Of a stretch of DNA of 64,000 nt, positions 1 to 9,606 are shown one piece after another (the first letter of the stretch is position 1; each line of letters opens with the position of its first letter). The stretch spans positions 96,001 to 160,000 of the forward strand of contig CAVTRY010000013.1 of the NCBI GenBank assembly GCA_963737265.1, written 5' to 3'. The position numbers were made by a program, and so were the translations under genes. Origin of the DNA: an uncultured delta proteobacterium. Its GTDB lineage: Bacteria; Myxococcota_A; Polyangia; Fen-1088. The notes under the pieces were generated by a model. That model was not told the origin of the DNA, did not search any database, and saw only the letters and a list, made by a program, of their open reading frames with translations.

Positions 1-999
1 CGCGCCACCTACACGACGGTGTACCTTGCCGCCGCGGCAAACCGGCGCGGGCACGACGTGGCCTTCATCTCGGTCGACGATTTTGCCCACGAGCACGAGG
101 TTACCGGCCGTGTGGTTCGGCCCGCGCTCGATGGTGGATGCGATCCTACTTCATTTCTCGCCTCGCTGGGATCGTCTGCGGCGCGACACGAGGAGATGCG
201 ACTGGCAGACTTCGAGGTCGTACTTTTGCGCAACAACCCCCACGCTGGCGACGGGCGCGGCATCCGCTTCAATCCGGCCATCGAGCTTGGCCGGCGACTC
301 AAGGAAGCCGGCGCCATGGTCTTGAACGACCCCGACGGCCTGCGACGAGCAGGATCCAAAATGTACCTGGCCGGGTTCCCCGCTGCGATTCGACCCAAGA
401 CGCTCATCACCTGTTCGGCCAACCGCGTGCGCGCCTTTTTGCGCGAGCTGGACGGCGCGGCGGTCATCAAGCCGCTTTTTGGCTTTGGCGGAGAGAGCGT
501 CTTCTTCGTGGGCCGCGGCGAGACAGCCAACCTTGCGCAGATTATTTCGACGGTGCGAAGTCGTGGCTATTTGATTGTACAGGAATACGTGGCGGCAGCA
601 GCGCGCGGGGACAAGCGCGTGCTGCTGCTTGCTGGCGTTCCGTTGCAGCAGGAGCGAACCCTGGCGGTTTACCGCCGCCTGCACGCCGGCGATGATATGC
701 GTAACAACATGCACGCCGGCGCCACGCGCCGTCGTTGCCGCCTGACGCCGACCGAGCGCGAATTGTGCGAGACCATCCGCCCGCGTCTCATCGCCGACGG
801 TCTCTACCTGGTTGGCCTCGATATCGCGGGCGGCAAGATTCTCGAAATCAATGTATTCGCACCGGGCGGCATCCACAACATGTTCGAGCTTTACGGAGTC
901 GACTTGGCGGACGCGGCGATAGCGGATCTCGAACGCAAGTTCAAATTGCGCGGGGCCTACCGTCAGCCGGTGCCGCCGCACGTGTTTATGCGCGGATAG
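1..999 (+). CDS. Glutathione synthetase-like (GshB/RimK-type) ATP-grasp ligase, 5' end outside window
   Basis: Frame is open from base 1. ATP-grasp motifs VLNDPDGL, VIKPLFGFGG, IVQEY, GDKRVLL, DMRNNMHAG, VGLDIAGGKILEINVFAPGG. Confidence 0.85.
   Translation, partial: RATYTTVYLAAAANRRGHDVAFISVDDFAHEHEVTGRVVRPALDGGCDPTSFLASLGSSAARHEEMRLADFEVVLLRNNPHAGDGRGIRFNPAIELGRRLKEAGAMVLNDPDGLRRAGSKMYLAGFPAAIRPKTLITCSANRVRAFLRELDGAAVIKPLFGFGGESVFFVGRGETANLAQIISTVRSRGYLIVQEYVAAAARGDKRVLLLAGVPLQQERTLAVYRRLHAGDDMRNNMHAGATRRRCRLTPTERELCETIRPRLIADGLYLVGLDIAGGKILEINVFAPGGIHNMFELYGVDLADAAIADLERKFKLRGAYRQPVPPHVFMRG
310..999 (+). repeat. 690-bp direct repeat, copy 1 (3' two-thirds of the ATP-grasp gene)
   Basis: Aligns without gaps to 2080..2769 (offset 1770). 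I counted about 9 substitutions by eye. Identity stops at the TAG stop codon. Confidence 0.95.
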
Positions 1000-1422
1000 C
1001 TGCGTGCAACAAGCGCGACTGCAAGCTCCAAGCTGCAACACCAACGCCAACGGTGACGTGACCGCAACCCTGGAGGTGCCGTAGCCATTGCCCGACGAGG
1101 CCGCCGCGCCAGTCAGATCGGAGTTCCTTTCATAATGGACAGATCAGACATGGTTGTGCGACCTTCTGTATCAACCTGATTGATTACCAAGGGAACGGAC
1201 GTTGGGATCCTCGGATCTTCGACCAGGCTACACTTTTCTGGGTGACCGTGCGGTTTCCGAAACCTGGGCAAGACGACTGTTTGATCCCATGAAATAGGGC
1301 TCAGACGTGTGCGCAGAGGCAAAGCCAGGCACTTTCCGATAAGGGCAGCAGGCCAACCGGCGGCAATAGCGGTCGTTGCAACACAGCCCCAATGTCCGCG
1401 CCGTTGTCCTACTTTCCTTGAA

Positions 1423-2040
1423 CTAGCCTGTGCCTGACGCCACGGTCGGAAACGAAGAAGGCACAGCCGAAACGGCTACGGTTTTCGGCTTGCCGATGGG
1501 CAGGACGTCCCGCCCGAACTGTTCGCTTAGGACCTCGGCCATTGCGAGGTAGATCGCGCTCGAGCCACACAGGATGCCTTCCCAGCCAGCGATAGCGCCG
1601 ACGATGGGCGACTTGCCGAAGTCACGGATGGCGAGCAGGAAAAACAGCACAGTCAGCGAGAGAAACACGAACTGCAAGGCACGGCTCGCGCGCAACGTCC
1701 CAAGGAACATGAATAGCGTGAAGACGCCCCACATTACGAGAAACCAACCCATGAAACCCTCAGGGGTGGGATCGACCCATCCCGTGCGCGGTCCCACAGT
1801 CAGGCCCACCAGTGTGATCCAGAAAGCGCCGTAAGACACGAACGCGGTCATGCCAAAGGTGTTCCCCTTCCGGAACTCGAGGATGCCGGCGATGATCTGG
1901 GCGATGCCGCCATAGAAAAGCCCCATGGCCAGGATCATCGAGCTGATGGGATAGAAGCCCGCGTTGTGAATGTTGAGCAGCACGGTGGTCATCCCGAAAC
2001 CCATAAGTCCAAGCGGGGCGGGATTGCCGGTCTTTTCCAT
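1423..2040 (-). CDS. satP: Acetate/succinate uptake transporter, GPR1/FUN34/YaaH (SatP) family
   Basis: Signature NPAPLGLMGFGMTTVLLNIHNAG, FYGGIAQIIAG, GNTFGMTAFVSYGAFW; about 6 TM segments; GGAG precedes ATGATGATG (2046-2038). The longer ORF to 2991 is antisense read-through. Confidence 0.93.
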   Translation of the reverse strand: MEKTGNPAPLGLMGFGMTTVLLNIHNAGFYPISSMILAMGLFYGGIAQIIAGILEFRKGNTFGMTAFVSYGAFWITLVGLTVGPRTGWVDPTPEGFMGWFLVMWGVFTLFMFLGTLRASRALQFVFLSLTVLFFLLAIRDFGKSPIVGAIAGWEGILCGSSAIYLAMAEVLSEQFGRDVLPIGKPKTVAVSAVPSSFPTVASGTG

Positions 2041-2064
2041 CATCATCTCCGAGTTGTTTCTACC

Positions 2065-2769
2065 ATGAATCTCAAAACAGGCGCCATGGTCTTGAACGAC
2101 CCCGACGGCCTGCGACGAGCAGGATCGAAAATGTACCTGGCCGGGTTCCCCGTGGCGATTCGAGCCAAGACGCTCATCACCTGTTCGGCCAACCGTGTGC
2201 GCGCCTTTTTGCGCGAGCTGGACGGCGCGGCGGTCATCAAGCCGCTTTTTGGCTTTGGCGGAGAGAGCGTCTTCTTCGTGGGCCGCGGCGAGACAGCCAA
2301 CCTTGCGCAGATTATTTCGACGGTGCGAAGTCGTGGCTATTTGATTGTACAGGAATACGTGGCGGCAGCAGCGCGCGGGGACAAGCGCGTGCTGCTGCTT
2401 GCTGACGTTCCGTTGCAGCAGGAGCGAACCCTGGCGGTTTACCGCCGCCTGCACGCCGGCGATGATATGCGTAACAACATGCACGCCGGCGCCACGCGCC
2501 GCCGTTGCCGCCTGACGCCGACCGAGCGCGAATTGTGCGAGACCATCCGCCCGCGTCTCATCGCCGACGGTCTCTACCTGGTTGGCCTCGATATCGCGGG
2601 CGGCAAGATTCTCGAAATCAATGTGTTCGCACCGGGCGGCATCCACAACATGTTCGAGCTTTACGGAGTCGACTTGGCGGACGCGGCGATAGCGGATCTC
2701 GAACGCAAGTTCAAATTGCGCGGGGCCTACCGTCAGCCGGTACCGCCGCACGTGTTTATGCGCGGATAG
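2065..2769 (+). pseudogene. 5'-truncated second copy of the ATP-grasp ligase gene (direct repeat copy 2, 2080..2769)
   Basis: Near-identical to 310..999. Lacks the N-terminal domain; an in-frame ATG at 2065 lies in unrelated sequence. Confidence 0.85.
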
Positions 2770-2786
2770 TCTCAGTTGGCACGCTT

Positions 2787-5351
2787 CTACCGCGTGTTCG
2801 GATTGGCCAAGGCGAATTGAAACGCGCCGTTGGCGTCGGAGGTGGTTTCCGCGAGCGGGACGGTGCCATCGAAGCAATACGGCCATGCGGTCGGGCCGCC
2901 TAGGCAGCGGATCTGCAGAACAGTACCCGGAATCGGAATCTTGGGAAGACTCGAGTTGCGCGGATCGGATGTTCTGACGGTGCCTTTCCACACAATGGAG
3001 GCCATCAGTTTTTGCGTCACTTCGAATTCGCTGGCTTGCATCGGGCCCGGACCGACAAAGGTACGCGCGGCTTCGCTGTCAGCCGGCGGCACGGCGAGAA
3101 GGACGTAGCTTCGTCCCGGCGTCACGAAAACGAAAAAGCCGCCACCGGCAAGCACGACAGTGGAGGTTGGCGATTCGGGTGAGTCGGCACTTTGATCGTA
3201 GGTGCGGATAGTCACCGAGGATAGATCGAGTGAGGGGAGACTGTCAGGCGCGAGGAGCATCCCGCTGATTTCGACCTGGGCCTGAAGATGGACGGTCGTG
3301 GTGTTTCCGCCACTCGGGACAGGGAGGTCAAGCTGAGTTGTCGTGGTGGCACGAGCGCCGAGGGTCGCGGGCACTATCAGCAGGTCGTACGTCGCGGTCG
3401 CGCTCGCGGGTAGGTTGGGGAACGCAACCGCGCCGCTTGGGGAGGTGGTGCCTTCGACCTGGACATTCGCAAAGGCATCTTCCGTCGTGGGCGCGTCTCC
3501 GGCGCCTCGCACGGTTAGGGTTCCGACCTTTGGCGATCGGTGCGAGGTCACGCGCACGCGCGCCCCCGCAACCGGCATCCCGTCGGCATCCACCACATTC
3601 AAGGTAAGAGTGGCCGCCGCGGGCGGATCCCACTGGAAATCAATCGTCGCAGTGTTACCGGTGATGGTGACGGGCTGTGGGGCCAATGCCTCCGCGAGTC
3701 CGCTATCGACAGGGGGTGAAACCGAAACCCAGTAGTTTCCCGGTTGGACGTTCAGTGCGTAGCTCCCCTTGTTGGTGCTTCCCACGGAAGAGAACAGCAG
3801 CAGATTCGTCGGATCGGATGACGGCGAGGTTGGATTTTGGTTGGTCAGCACGACTCGCGCATCCGTGACGGCTTGGACGCCTTGGCTCGTGGTGGAGGTC
3901 GCGTTGCCGGTTACCTTGACTCCTCCGGAGAGGCTGAAAGCGTTTGTCGCGTTAAAGGAGGACGTGGTCAGGTTCCGAAATAGCTGCGGCGCTGTCGCAT
4001 CGACGGTTCCGACGGAACCGGAACCAACGGAGCCGCCATCGAGGGGAACCACGAGCACATTGTAGCTAAGCGGCTGCATGCCATCGCTGTTAATCAGTCG
4101 GGCGCCGAATGCCGTGGACGCGACGCCTTGGCCGCCCTCTTCCCCATCGGCCACCAGTTCCAGCTCCTGCGAGAGTTGGTTGAAGTGGGTGATGCGAACG
4201 TACGATGGGACGATGCTGGTCCCTACGCTCGGCAAAATCTGAACGGCAACACCTGGGTCGAGCGCAATATCGAGCGGCCCTGCCTGCGGCGACGGATTCG
4301 TGATGTCGACATAGGTTGTCTGCACCGGAACATTGGCGGTTGAAGGTGGCGTGGCGTTGACAATGACCGACGACAGACATTCGGCGCAGCTCGCCTCGGC
4401 ATCGTAAAATTGTTGGGAAATGGTGGCCGAACAGGCATGGGTCGAGTCCATGACCCTAAAGGTATATTGCCCGGGGCCGGGGATATCGAAGGCGGCCGTG
4501 GCCGTATCTTTCGCGAGCCCGGCGCTTGGGACAGTGACAGCGCTAGAAGGGGTGGCGCCGAGCGATCCTCGCCAGGTCCAAGTGGCGCCCGCGGGCGGGC
4601 CTCCCGAGACCTCGGCTCGCAACACGATCCGCGTATTGATTCCTGGAACCAATTGCTCAAGGGATATCGGCACGATGGGCACGATCTGGGCCACGCAGTT
4701 GGGGGACGTGTCGGGCTGACTGGCGTCGGACGGTCTGGTGTCTGACGATGCGGATGCGTCTGGTGAGCCGGCATCCGGTGCCCTTGGCCCGTCGGATGGT
4801 CTGGTGACGTCGGCGGCCGTTCCTGGGGCGTCCGGGGGCGACGCCCCAGCGTCGGGGTTGCCTGCCCTGCCGCCGCTTCCGGAAGTGGAAGTCAATCCGC
4901 CGTTCGCGCTGGCTCCGCCTGTTCCAGCGGCTCCTGCCATGCCCGACGAGCCTGCCATGCCCGAGGAGCCCGCCATGCCCGACGAGCCTGCCATAGACGA
5001 CGCGCCGCCCGCGGCATACGCCGAGCCTCCCGCCGCGCCGTTCGCTCCGCCGTTGCCGGTGACAATCGAGCCTCCACTTCCGAGCGCTCCACCGGCCGCC
5101 GAACAACCGATGCAGGTGTGGGTCGTCCAATCGTACGTGGGAGGCGTGCCGGGCAGGTTGCCAATCGCGACGCCAGCATCATCGGCGGAAATAACGATAC
5201 CCGAGGCTCCGCCCGCGCCGGCCGGAGCTCCGCCACCGCTGGTTGAAGCGCCGCCACGAGCCGCGCTTGCTTTGTTCGAGACGTTAGCGCCAGAGCAGCC
5301 GGCCACCACGGCGACCAGGGCCAAGGCGCTGGGGAGGACGAGCGTTTTCAT
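2787..5351 (-). CDS. Large surface lipoprotein with Gly/Ser/Ala linker and beta-sandwich (carboxypeptidase-regulatory-like) repeats
   Basis: MKTLVLPSALALVAVVAGC lipobox; ATGA overlap with upstream gene at 5348-5351; 18-bp tandem repeats (MAGSSG)n near 4935-4995; motif LNVVDADGMPVAGARVRV. Confidence 0.75.
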   Translation of the reverse strand: MKTLVLPSALALVAVVAGCSGANVSNKASAARGGASTSGGGAPAGAGGASGIVISADDAGVAIGNLPGTPPTYDWTTHTCIGCSAAGGALGSGGSIVTGNGGANGAAGGSAYAAGGASSMAGSSGMAGSSGMAGSSGMAGAAGTGGASANGGLTSTSGSGGRAGNPDAGASPPDAPGTAADVTRPSDGPRAPDAGSPDASASSDTRPSDASQPDTSPNCVAQIVPIVPISLEQLVPGINTRIVLRAEVSGGPPAGATWTWRGSLGATPSSAVTVPSAGLAKDTATAAFDIPGPGQYTFRVMDSTHACSATISQQFYDAEASCAECLSSVIVNATPPSTANVPVQTTYVDITNPSPQAGPLDIALDPGVAVQILPSVGTSIVPSYVRITHFNQLSQELELVADGEEGGQGVASTAFGARLINSDGMQPLSYNVLVVPLDGGSVGSGSVGTVDATAPQLFRNLTTSSFNATNAFSLSGGVKVTGNATSTTSQGVQAVTDARVVLTNQNPTSPSSDPTNLLLFSSVGSTNKGSYALNVQPGNYWVSVSPPVDSGLAEALAPQPVTITGNTATIDFQWDPPAAATLTLNVVDADGMPVAGARVRVTSHRSPKVGTLTVRGAGDAPTTEDAFANVQVEGTTSPSGAVAFPNLPASATATYDLLIVPATLGARATTTTQLDLPVPSGGNTTTVHLQAQVEISGMLLAPDSLPSLDLSSVTIRTYDQSADSPESPTSTVVLAGGGFFVFVTPGRSYVLLAVPPADSEAARTFVGPGPMQASEFEVTQKLMASIVWKGTVRTSDPRNSSLPKIPIPGTVLQIRCLGGPTAWPYCFDGTVPLAETTSDANGAFQFALANPNTR

Positions 5352-6595
5352 GGCTGAAACTGCACGTTCCACGTCGTCCACCGCACGCACGTCGGATTGC
5401 CGGAGGAATCCTTGCTGTAGCAGGTTTGCGTGTCCTGCGAGCAGATCGGTCCTCCCGGCTGGCCATTGGCGTAGAAATCCTGCGTCGGCTTGTCGCGGGC
5501 CTCGACGCGCACCCCGACCGTGTCGCCGGGCCGGACATTGGGGAAGAGATCCGGGCTGACCGTGAAAGTGGCCAGGTCGGCGTTGCTCTGGGGCACCCAT
5601 TGCGTTTGGCCGGATGAGTCTGGCCGGGTTGGATCGAAAAGGGACCAAACGAATTGGAGGCTCGTCGACTGCGAGGGGTAGGGATCGCAATCGTCGGCGA
5701 CATTTTTGACGACAAAGGATCGCTGATCGGTCCGCGCAAGGACGATGGTGGCCGCGCTGATGGCTGGCTCGGTTGCCTGAATGCACGCCGGTTTGTCCAC
5801 GTCGACGTTGACCACGAGGGTGACAGGAGCGCTCATGGTTGTGGTGGCGGCGTCGTTGGTTGTGGTCGTGGTGTCGGTGATCGTCAGGCTCACGGTGTAT
5901 TGGCCAGGAACGCTGGCGACGAAGCACTGGTCGATGTGGGGCACGTCGCCTGCAATGCCCGGGCAATCAGTGAGCTGGAGGGTGCTTCCCGCGGGACCAG
6001 TGCCGCTATACACCATGGTCCAGTTGAACGGCACCTGATCCCCGGGATCGGTCGGATAGGTCGAATTCCTGCCCGACAGGTGGACGGTGCTGCAAAGCGG
6101 ATGCGTCGTCTGCCCCGGCGGCACGACCGACTCATCCGTGATGACGGCGATTGGCCTGGGATTGATGGGCGCAATTCGCTGGCAGGCCTGTCCGGTGGCG
6201 CCATTGTGGTCAGTTGCTAGAACGCACACACAGACGACATTGAGGGTCGATGCCGTAAACTCGTAGGGTACGTCGCTTGCCTGTGATAGCGATCCCTGCG
6301 CGGTCCAGCTCGCGGCGGTGATCGATTGGCAACTCTGGCTTGCGTCGGGTGTGAAGCTGGCCCAGCTCAAGGGAATGGTCGCGGGACTGTCTTTGTCATC
6401 CGAGACCTCGGCGTAGAAATCCACCGGGGTGTTGCGTGTGACCACCCCATTCGCGACTGGCTGCTGTGTCGCGTGGTCCCGCGGAGGCATGATCGTCACC
6501 ACGGGAGCCTTGTTAATAGGGTCCGTGAAAAGCAGGCACCCGGACAATTCGAGCGCCGCGATGAACGTGAACAACGCCTGTTGCAGCCGACCCAC
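5348..6595 (-). CDS. Lipoprotein with PKD/Ig-like domains (start uncertain, 6595-6700)
   Basis: Lipobox LSGC followed by LLFTDPINKAPVVTI; VHLSGRNS..D and PGQYTVSLTITD are PKD-like; paired Cys. Confidence 0.7.
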   Translation of the reverse strand: MGRLQQALFTFIAALELSGCLLFTDPINKAPVVTIMPPRDHATQQPVANGVVTRNTPVDFYAEVSDDKDSPATIPLSWASFTPDASQSCQSITAASWTAQGSLSQASDVPYEFTASTLNVVCVCVLATDHNGATGQACQRIAPINPRPIAVITDESVVPPGQTTHPLCSTVHLSGRNSTYPTDPGDQVPFNWTMVYSGTGPAGSTLQLTDCPGIAGDVPHIDQCFVASVPGQYTVSLTITDTTTTTNDAATTTMSAPVTLVVNVDVDKPACIQATEPAISAATIVLARTDQRSFVVKNVADDCDPYPSQSTSLQFVWSLFDPTRPDSSGQTQWVPQSNADLATFTVSPDLFPNVRPGDTVGVRVEARDKPTQDFYANGQPGGPICSQDTQTCYSKDSSGNPTCVRWTTWNVQFQP

Positions 6596-6784
6596 GGTAG
6601 GGAAGCTAACACAAATGACATGGTACGAAGCACCTCTCGCGCATTCCATCCAAGGCATAGCAAGGCCTGTTCCAGCGCCTGGATCGAGCAAGTCTGGCAC
6701 CTTGGCCCGCTCGCCGGGCGACCGGAACCCGACAGGAATGTCGCGAGTCTCAGAATTCGCCGATTGCCTGCCCGCGTACGGACT

Positions 6785-8260
6785 TCAGACTCGGCGCCAC
6801 CGCCCCGCCAGCGCCGCCGGTGGTGAGGCGATGCTTTGGAAGCGAGGCACGCGTACCTCGCCGCGGCCTTGCGCGGAGACCAAGGGCATTAGGCCCTGCT
6901 TGACCAGGGCGTCGACCCTGGATTCGGGCAGCCAGGCTTGGGCGCATGGGGTCTGCACCGCCTCGCCATCGCTTTTGGTCACGTGGACGGGCAGATCGTC
7001 GATGGACGAGTCGTCGCCGGGCGCGAAGTCCCACCCGCCCGCGCTGGCGAACGACTGTCCCAGCAATTGCGCGACGGCCGCCGCGGCCGAGCCCCACAGA
7101 TAGCGATTGGCGGCAGGGAGAAGCTCCTGCTCCGTGAAAGCGAAGCTCTCGATGGGATCCGTACCTCTGCCATAGGGAAGACGCAGCAGAATGCCTGGCA
7201 GCGCGACCGCGACGGAGGTTGCGGCGGGCAGCTCACGAAGCCTCGCCCAGGCCTGCTCGGCCTCGGGCGTGGCGAAACCGCCGGACCAGGCCGCCCAGTC
7301 CATGCCTGCCAGCACCGCCGCGTCCACCTGCTGCGCGATGGCGCCCAAGCGGGACAACAGGGCGGCGTCTTCTTGGCCGCGTCGGTAGGCATGGAGGTCA
7401 ACCAACACGGACCAAGGCTCGTCGCCAACGTGGTCGGCGACGATACGGTACAAGGCGGAATCGGCCAGCGTGGGCGAGCCGGCCAGATCCTCGACAATCT
7501 CACCCCGGCTCGCGTCCAGCACGAATAGCTGCAAACTCTCGTCGATATCGAGGGCGCGCACCAGTCTGTCGAGGCTTCGCCAAGTGGCCTCGACCTCCTG
7601 AAAGACCGGATCGTGCAGCACCGCCCGCATCAGGTCGCCCGCCATTCCGTCGACGGCGGTCAGCAGATCCGCCTGCCGTGGGTCGGCCTTGCCCACGACG
7701 TGGGGCGCGACGCTCTCGCGAATCATCGCATCGACAATCGACGCGGGACTCAGCGAAGGGGCCGCCGGTTTCACGACGCTGGCGGGCCGCCCGAGCAGTC
7801 GGCTCAGATCTTCGTCGTTGGCCGCAACCTGGGCGACACTGTCGCTTGCGGTGGGTGCGGCCGGCAATCCTAGCTGCGCCGCCGCCAGCGCGAAGGTCTT
7901 CGGGTCCTGGATCTGCTGGCGCAACTTCCGTACTGGGGCAAAAAGTTCCAGCGTGGCGAACAGATGGTCGGGGTGAAAGTCGTCCAGCTCCTTGATGGCG
8001 ACGGAAAACGAAGGCTGATCCCCCAAGCGAAGCGCGATCTGAGGTCCGATCTTGCCGAACAACGACGGGAAGCTGTCTGTGTCCACCCGCAACGGGCGAA
8101 ATTCGGCCCCGGGCCGGACCTGGCCCCGGCTGCGATGCGCGCCGAAGTCGCCCAGCACCAGCACGCGAAACGGAGCGTCCTCGCTCGGCTCGGGCTCGGG
8201 TCGCTTGGTCTTGCCAAAGGCGAAATTCATCTCGATTCCCGCACGCGATCGGTCGGCCAT
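6785..8260 (-). CDS. Type VI secretion contractile sheath protein, TssB(VipA)-TssC(VipB) fusion
   Basis: N-terminal PFRVLVLGDF..VDTDSF..ELDDFHPDHL (TssB-like); then VLHDPVFQEVEATWRSL, LLRLPYG..DPIESFAFTE, YLWG, IDDLPVH, GLMPL (TssC-like); GGAGGAG RBS. Confidence 0.85.
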   Translation of the reverse strand: MADRSRAGIEMNFAFGKTKRPEPEPSEDAPFRVLVLGDFGAHRSRGQVRPGAEFRPLRVDTDSFPSLFGKIGPQIALRLGDQPSFSVAIKELDDFHPDHLFATLELFAPVRKLRQQIQDPKTFALAAAQLGLPAAPTASDSVAQVAANDEDLSRLLGRPASVVKPAAPSLSPASIVDAMIRESVAPHVVGKADPRQADLLTAVDGMAGDLMRAVLHDPVFQEVEATWRSLDRLVRALDIDESLQLFVLDASRGEIVEDLAGSPTLADSALYRIVADHVGDEPWSVLVDLHAYRRGQEDAALLSRLGAIAQQVDAAVLAGMDWAAWSGGFATPEAEQAWARLRELPAATSVAVALPGILLRLPYGRGTDPIESFAFTEQELLPAANRYLWGSAAAAVAQLLGQSFASAGGWDFAPGDDSSIDDLPVHVTKSDGEAVQTPCAQAWLPESRVDALVKQGLMPLVSAQGRGEVRVPRFQSIASPPAALAGRWRRV

Positions 8261-8389
8261 GGGCTCCTCCGGCGCCAAGGCTAGCCATTTGGCCGCAAAC
8301 CCTCAAGCTTCACGTCCTGGTCGACGTCGATTTTCGTCGCCAATTGGTCCCTGCTTGCCATGCTTGGCGACGAAAGGGGTCGGATTCGA

Positions 8390-9184
8390 ATGCACATCTA
8401 CTCGTTCCTGCAGGCCGTGCGTGACAAGGGCCCGCTCGTTCACCACATCACCAACTGGGTCACCATCTTCGACTGCGCGCAGGTGGTGAAATCGTTCGGC
8501 GCCTCGCCGGTAATGGCGCATGCGCCCGAAGAGGTCGAGGCCATGACGTCGATCGCGTCGGCGCTGGTGCTGAACATCGGCACGCTGACGACGGATGTGG
8601 TGGACAGCATGAAAATAGCCGCCGCCGCCGCCAACCGAAAAGGGATTCCGATTGTTCTCGATGTGTGCGGCGCTGGGGCGACTCCATTTCGCGACGCCAA
8701 GTGCGCCGAGCTGCTCGACTCGGCGAAGATCGGCATCATCAAGGGCAACAGCTCGGAAATTGCGCGCGTCGCGGGCTTGAAAGTCGCGACCCAAGGTGTC
8801 GACGCGGGTCAGGTCTCGGCCGACCTGCGCGAGGTCGCCAAGTCGCTGTCGGCGCAGCGCGCTTGCACGGTGGTGATCACCGGCGCCGAGGACGTGGTGG
8901 CGAGCGGCGGCAAGTTGTTTCTCATCCGCAATGGACACCCGATGATGGCCAAGCTGGTGGGGACCGGGTGCATGGCGACCTCGGTCATCGGAACCTTTGC
9001 CGGCGCCACCCCCGACCAAGTTCCCGAGGCAACCGTGGCGGGCCTCGCCTGTTATGAAATCGCGGCCGAGCTGGCGGTCAAGAAGGCCGAGGGCCCGGCG
9101 TCGTTCAAGCAACACCTATTCGATTGCATCTATCAGCTGGACGAGAAGCAGATTCGAGCCTTGCAGCAGGTGGTCCTTATCTGA
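8390..9184 (+). CDS. thiM: Hydroxyethylthiazole kinase
   Basis: PLVHHITNWVT, GASPVMAHAPEE, LVLNIGTL, IIKGNSSEI, VGTGCM. Confidence 0.95.
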   Translation: MHIYSFLQAVRDKGPLVHHITNWVTIFDCAQVVKSFGASPVMAHAPEEVEAMTSIASALVLNIGTLTTDVVDSMKIAAAAANRKGIPIVLDVCGAGATPFRDAKCAELLDSAKIGIIKGNSSEIARVAGLKVATQGVDAGQVSADLREVAKSLSAQRACTVVITGAEDVVASGGKLFLIRNGHPMMAKLVGTGCMATSVIGTFAGATPDQVPEATVAGLACYEIAAELAVKKAEGPASFKQHLFDCIYQLDEKQIRALQQVVLI

Positions 9185-9569
9185 CGACCAAGCCGATTTT
9201 GTTCGCGCGGGCGTGATCGACGCTCAGGTTGGGCCTGACCAGGAAGGGCCTGTCGAAGCGACGTTCGTAGGCGCCATGTCTTTTCAGCATGTAGTTCCAG
9301 TAGTAATTGACGAGACCAACGGCGCCCAGCAATCGGATGATTGTGCGCCCCTTCTATCCCAAGGTTCTCGGCTCCGCCATGGTGCGAATCAATGCGAACG
9401 AGAAGCTTCCCCGCGCAGACAACTCCCGGCCGGCTTCGACAAAGCGCGCTTGAATCTTGGCGACCCTGTTAGGCGGCAAGAGCCGGATACCTTCCACGCC
9501 ACCCTTACGTAGCGTTCCGAGGTCGACGAACCCCACGCGCTCGCAAAATCGCGCCAGGTAGGTGCCCAA
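9177..9569 (-). pseudogene. 3' remnant of a flavodoxin/NADPH-FMN-reductase-like gene with in-frame TAG
   Basis: Reads YLARFCERVG..GTLRKGGVEGIRLLP...PRTLG*KGRTIIRLLGAVGLVNYYWNYMLKRHGAYERRFDRPF across TAG at 9354-9356; no 5' half. Family call is from memory of similar C-termini. Confidence 0.5.
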
Positions 9570-9606
9570 TGCCTAGGTGTGAATACCCTCGGGGAAACCC
9601 GACTGG

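Noticed and set aside
310-2769. Diversity-generating retroelement TR/VR pair
   Set aside because: Differences are few and not adenine-specific, and no reverse transcriptase is in the window.
2047-2991. Long N-terminal extension of SatP (522-aa ORF)
   Set aside because: Antisense of the duplicated ATP-grasp fragment; the SatP signature starts at about 2040.
4935-4995. Short tandem repeats as a CRISPR array (also 21920-21980, 50400-50500)
   Set aside because: In-frame Gly/Ser linker repeats with no unique spacers and no cas genes.
8261-8389. TPP riboswitch upstream of thiM
   Set aside because: Short divergent intergenic region; no CTGAGA or other TPP core motif seen.
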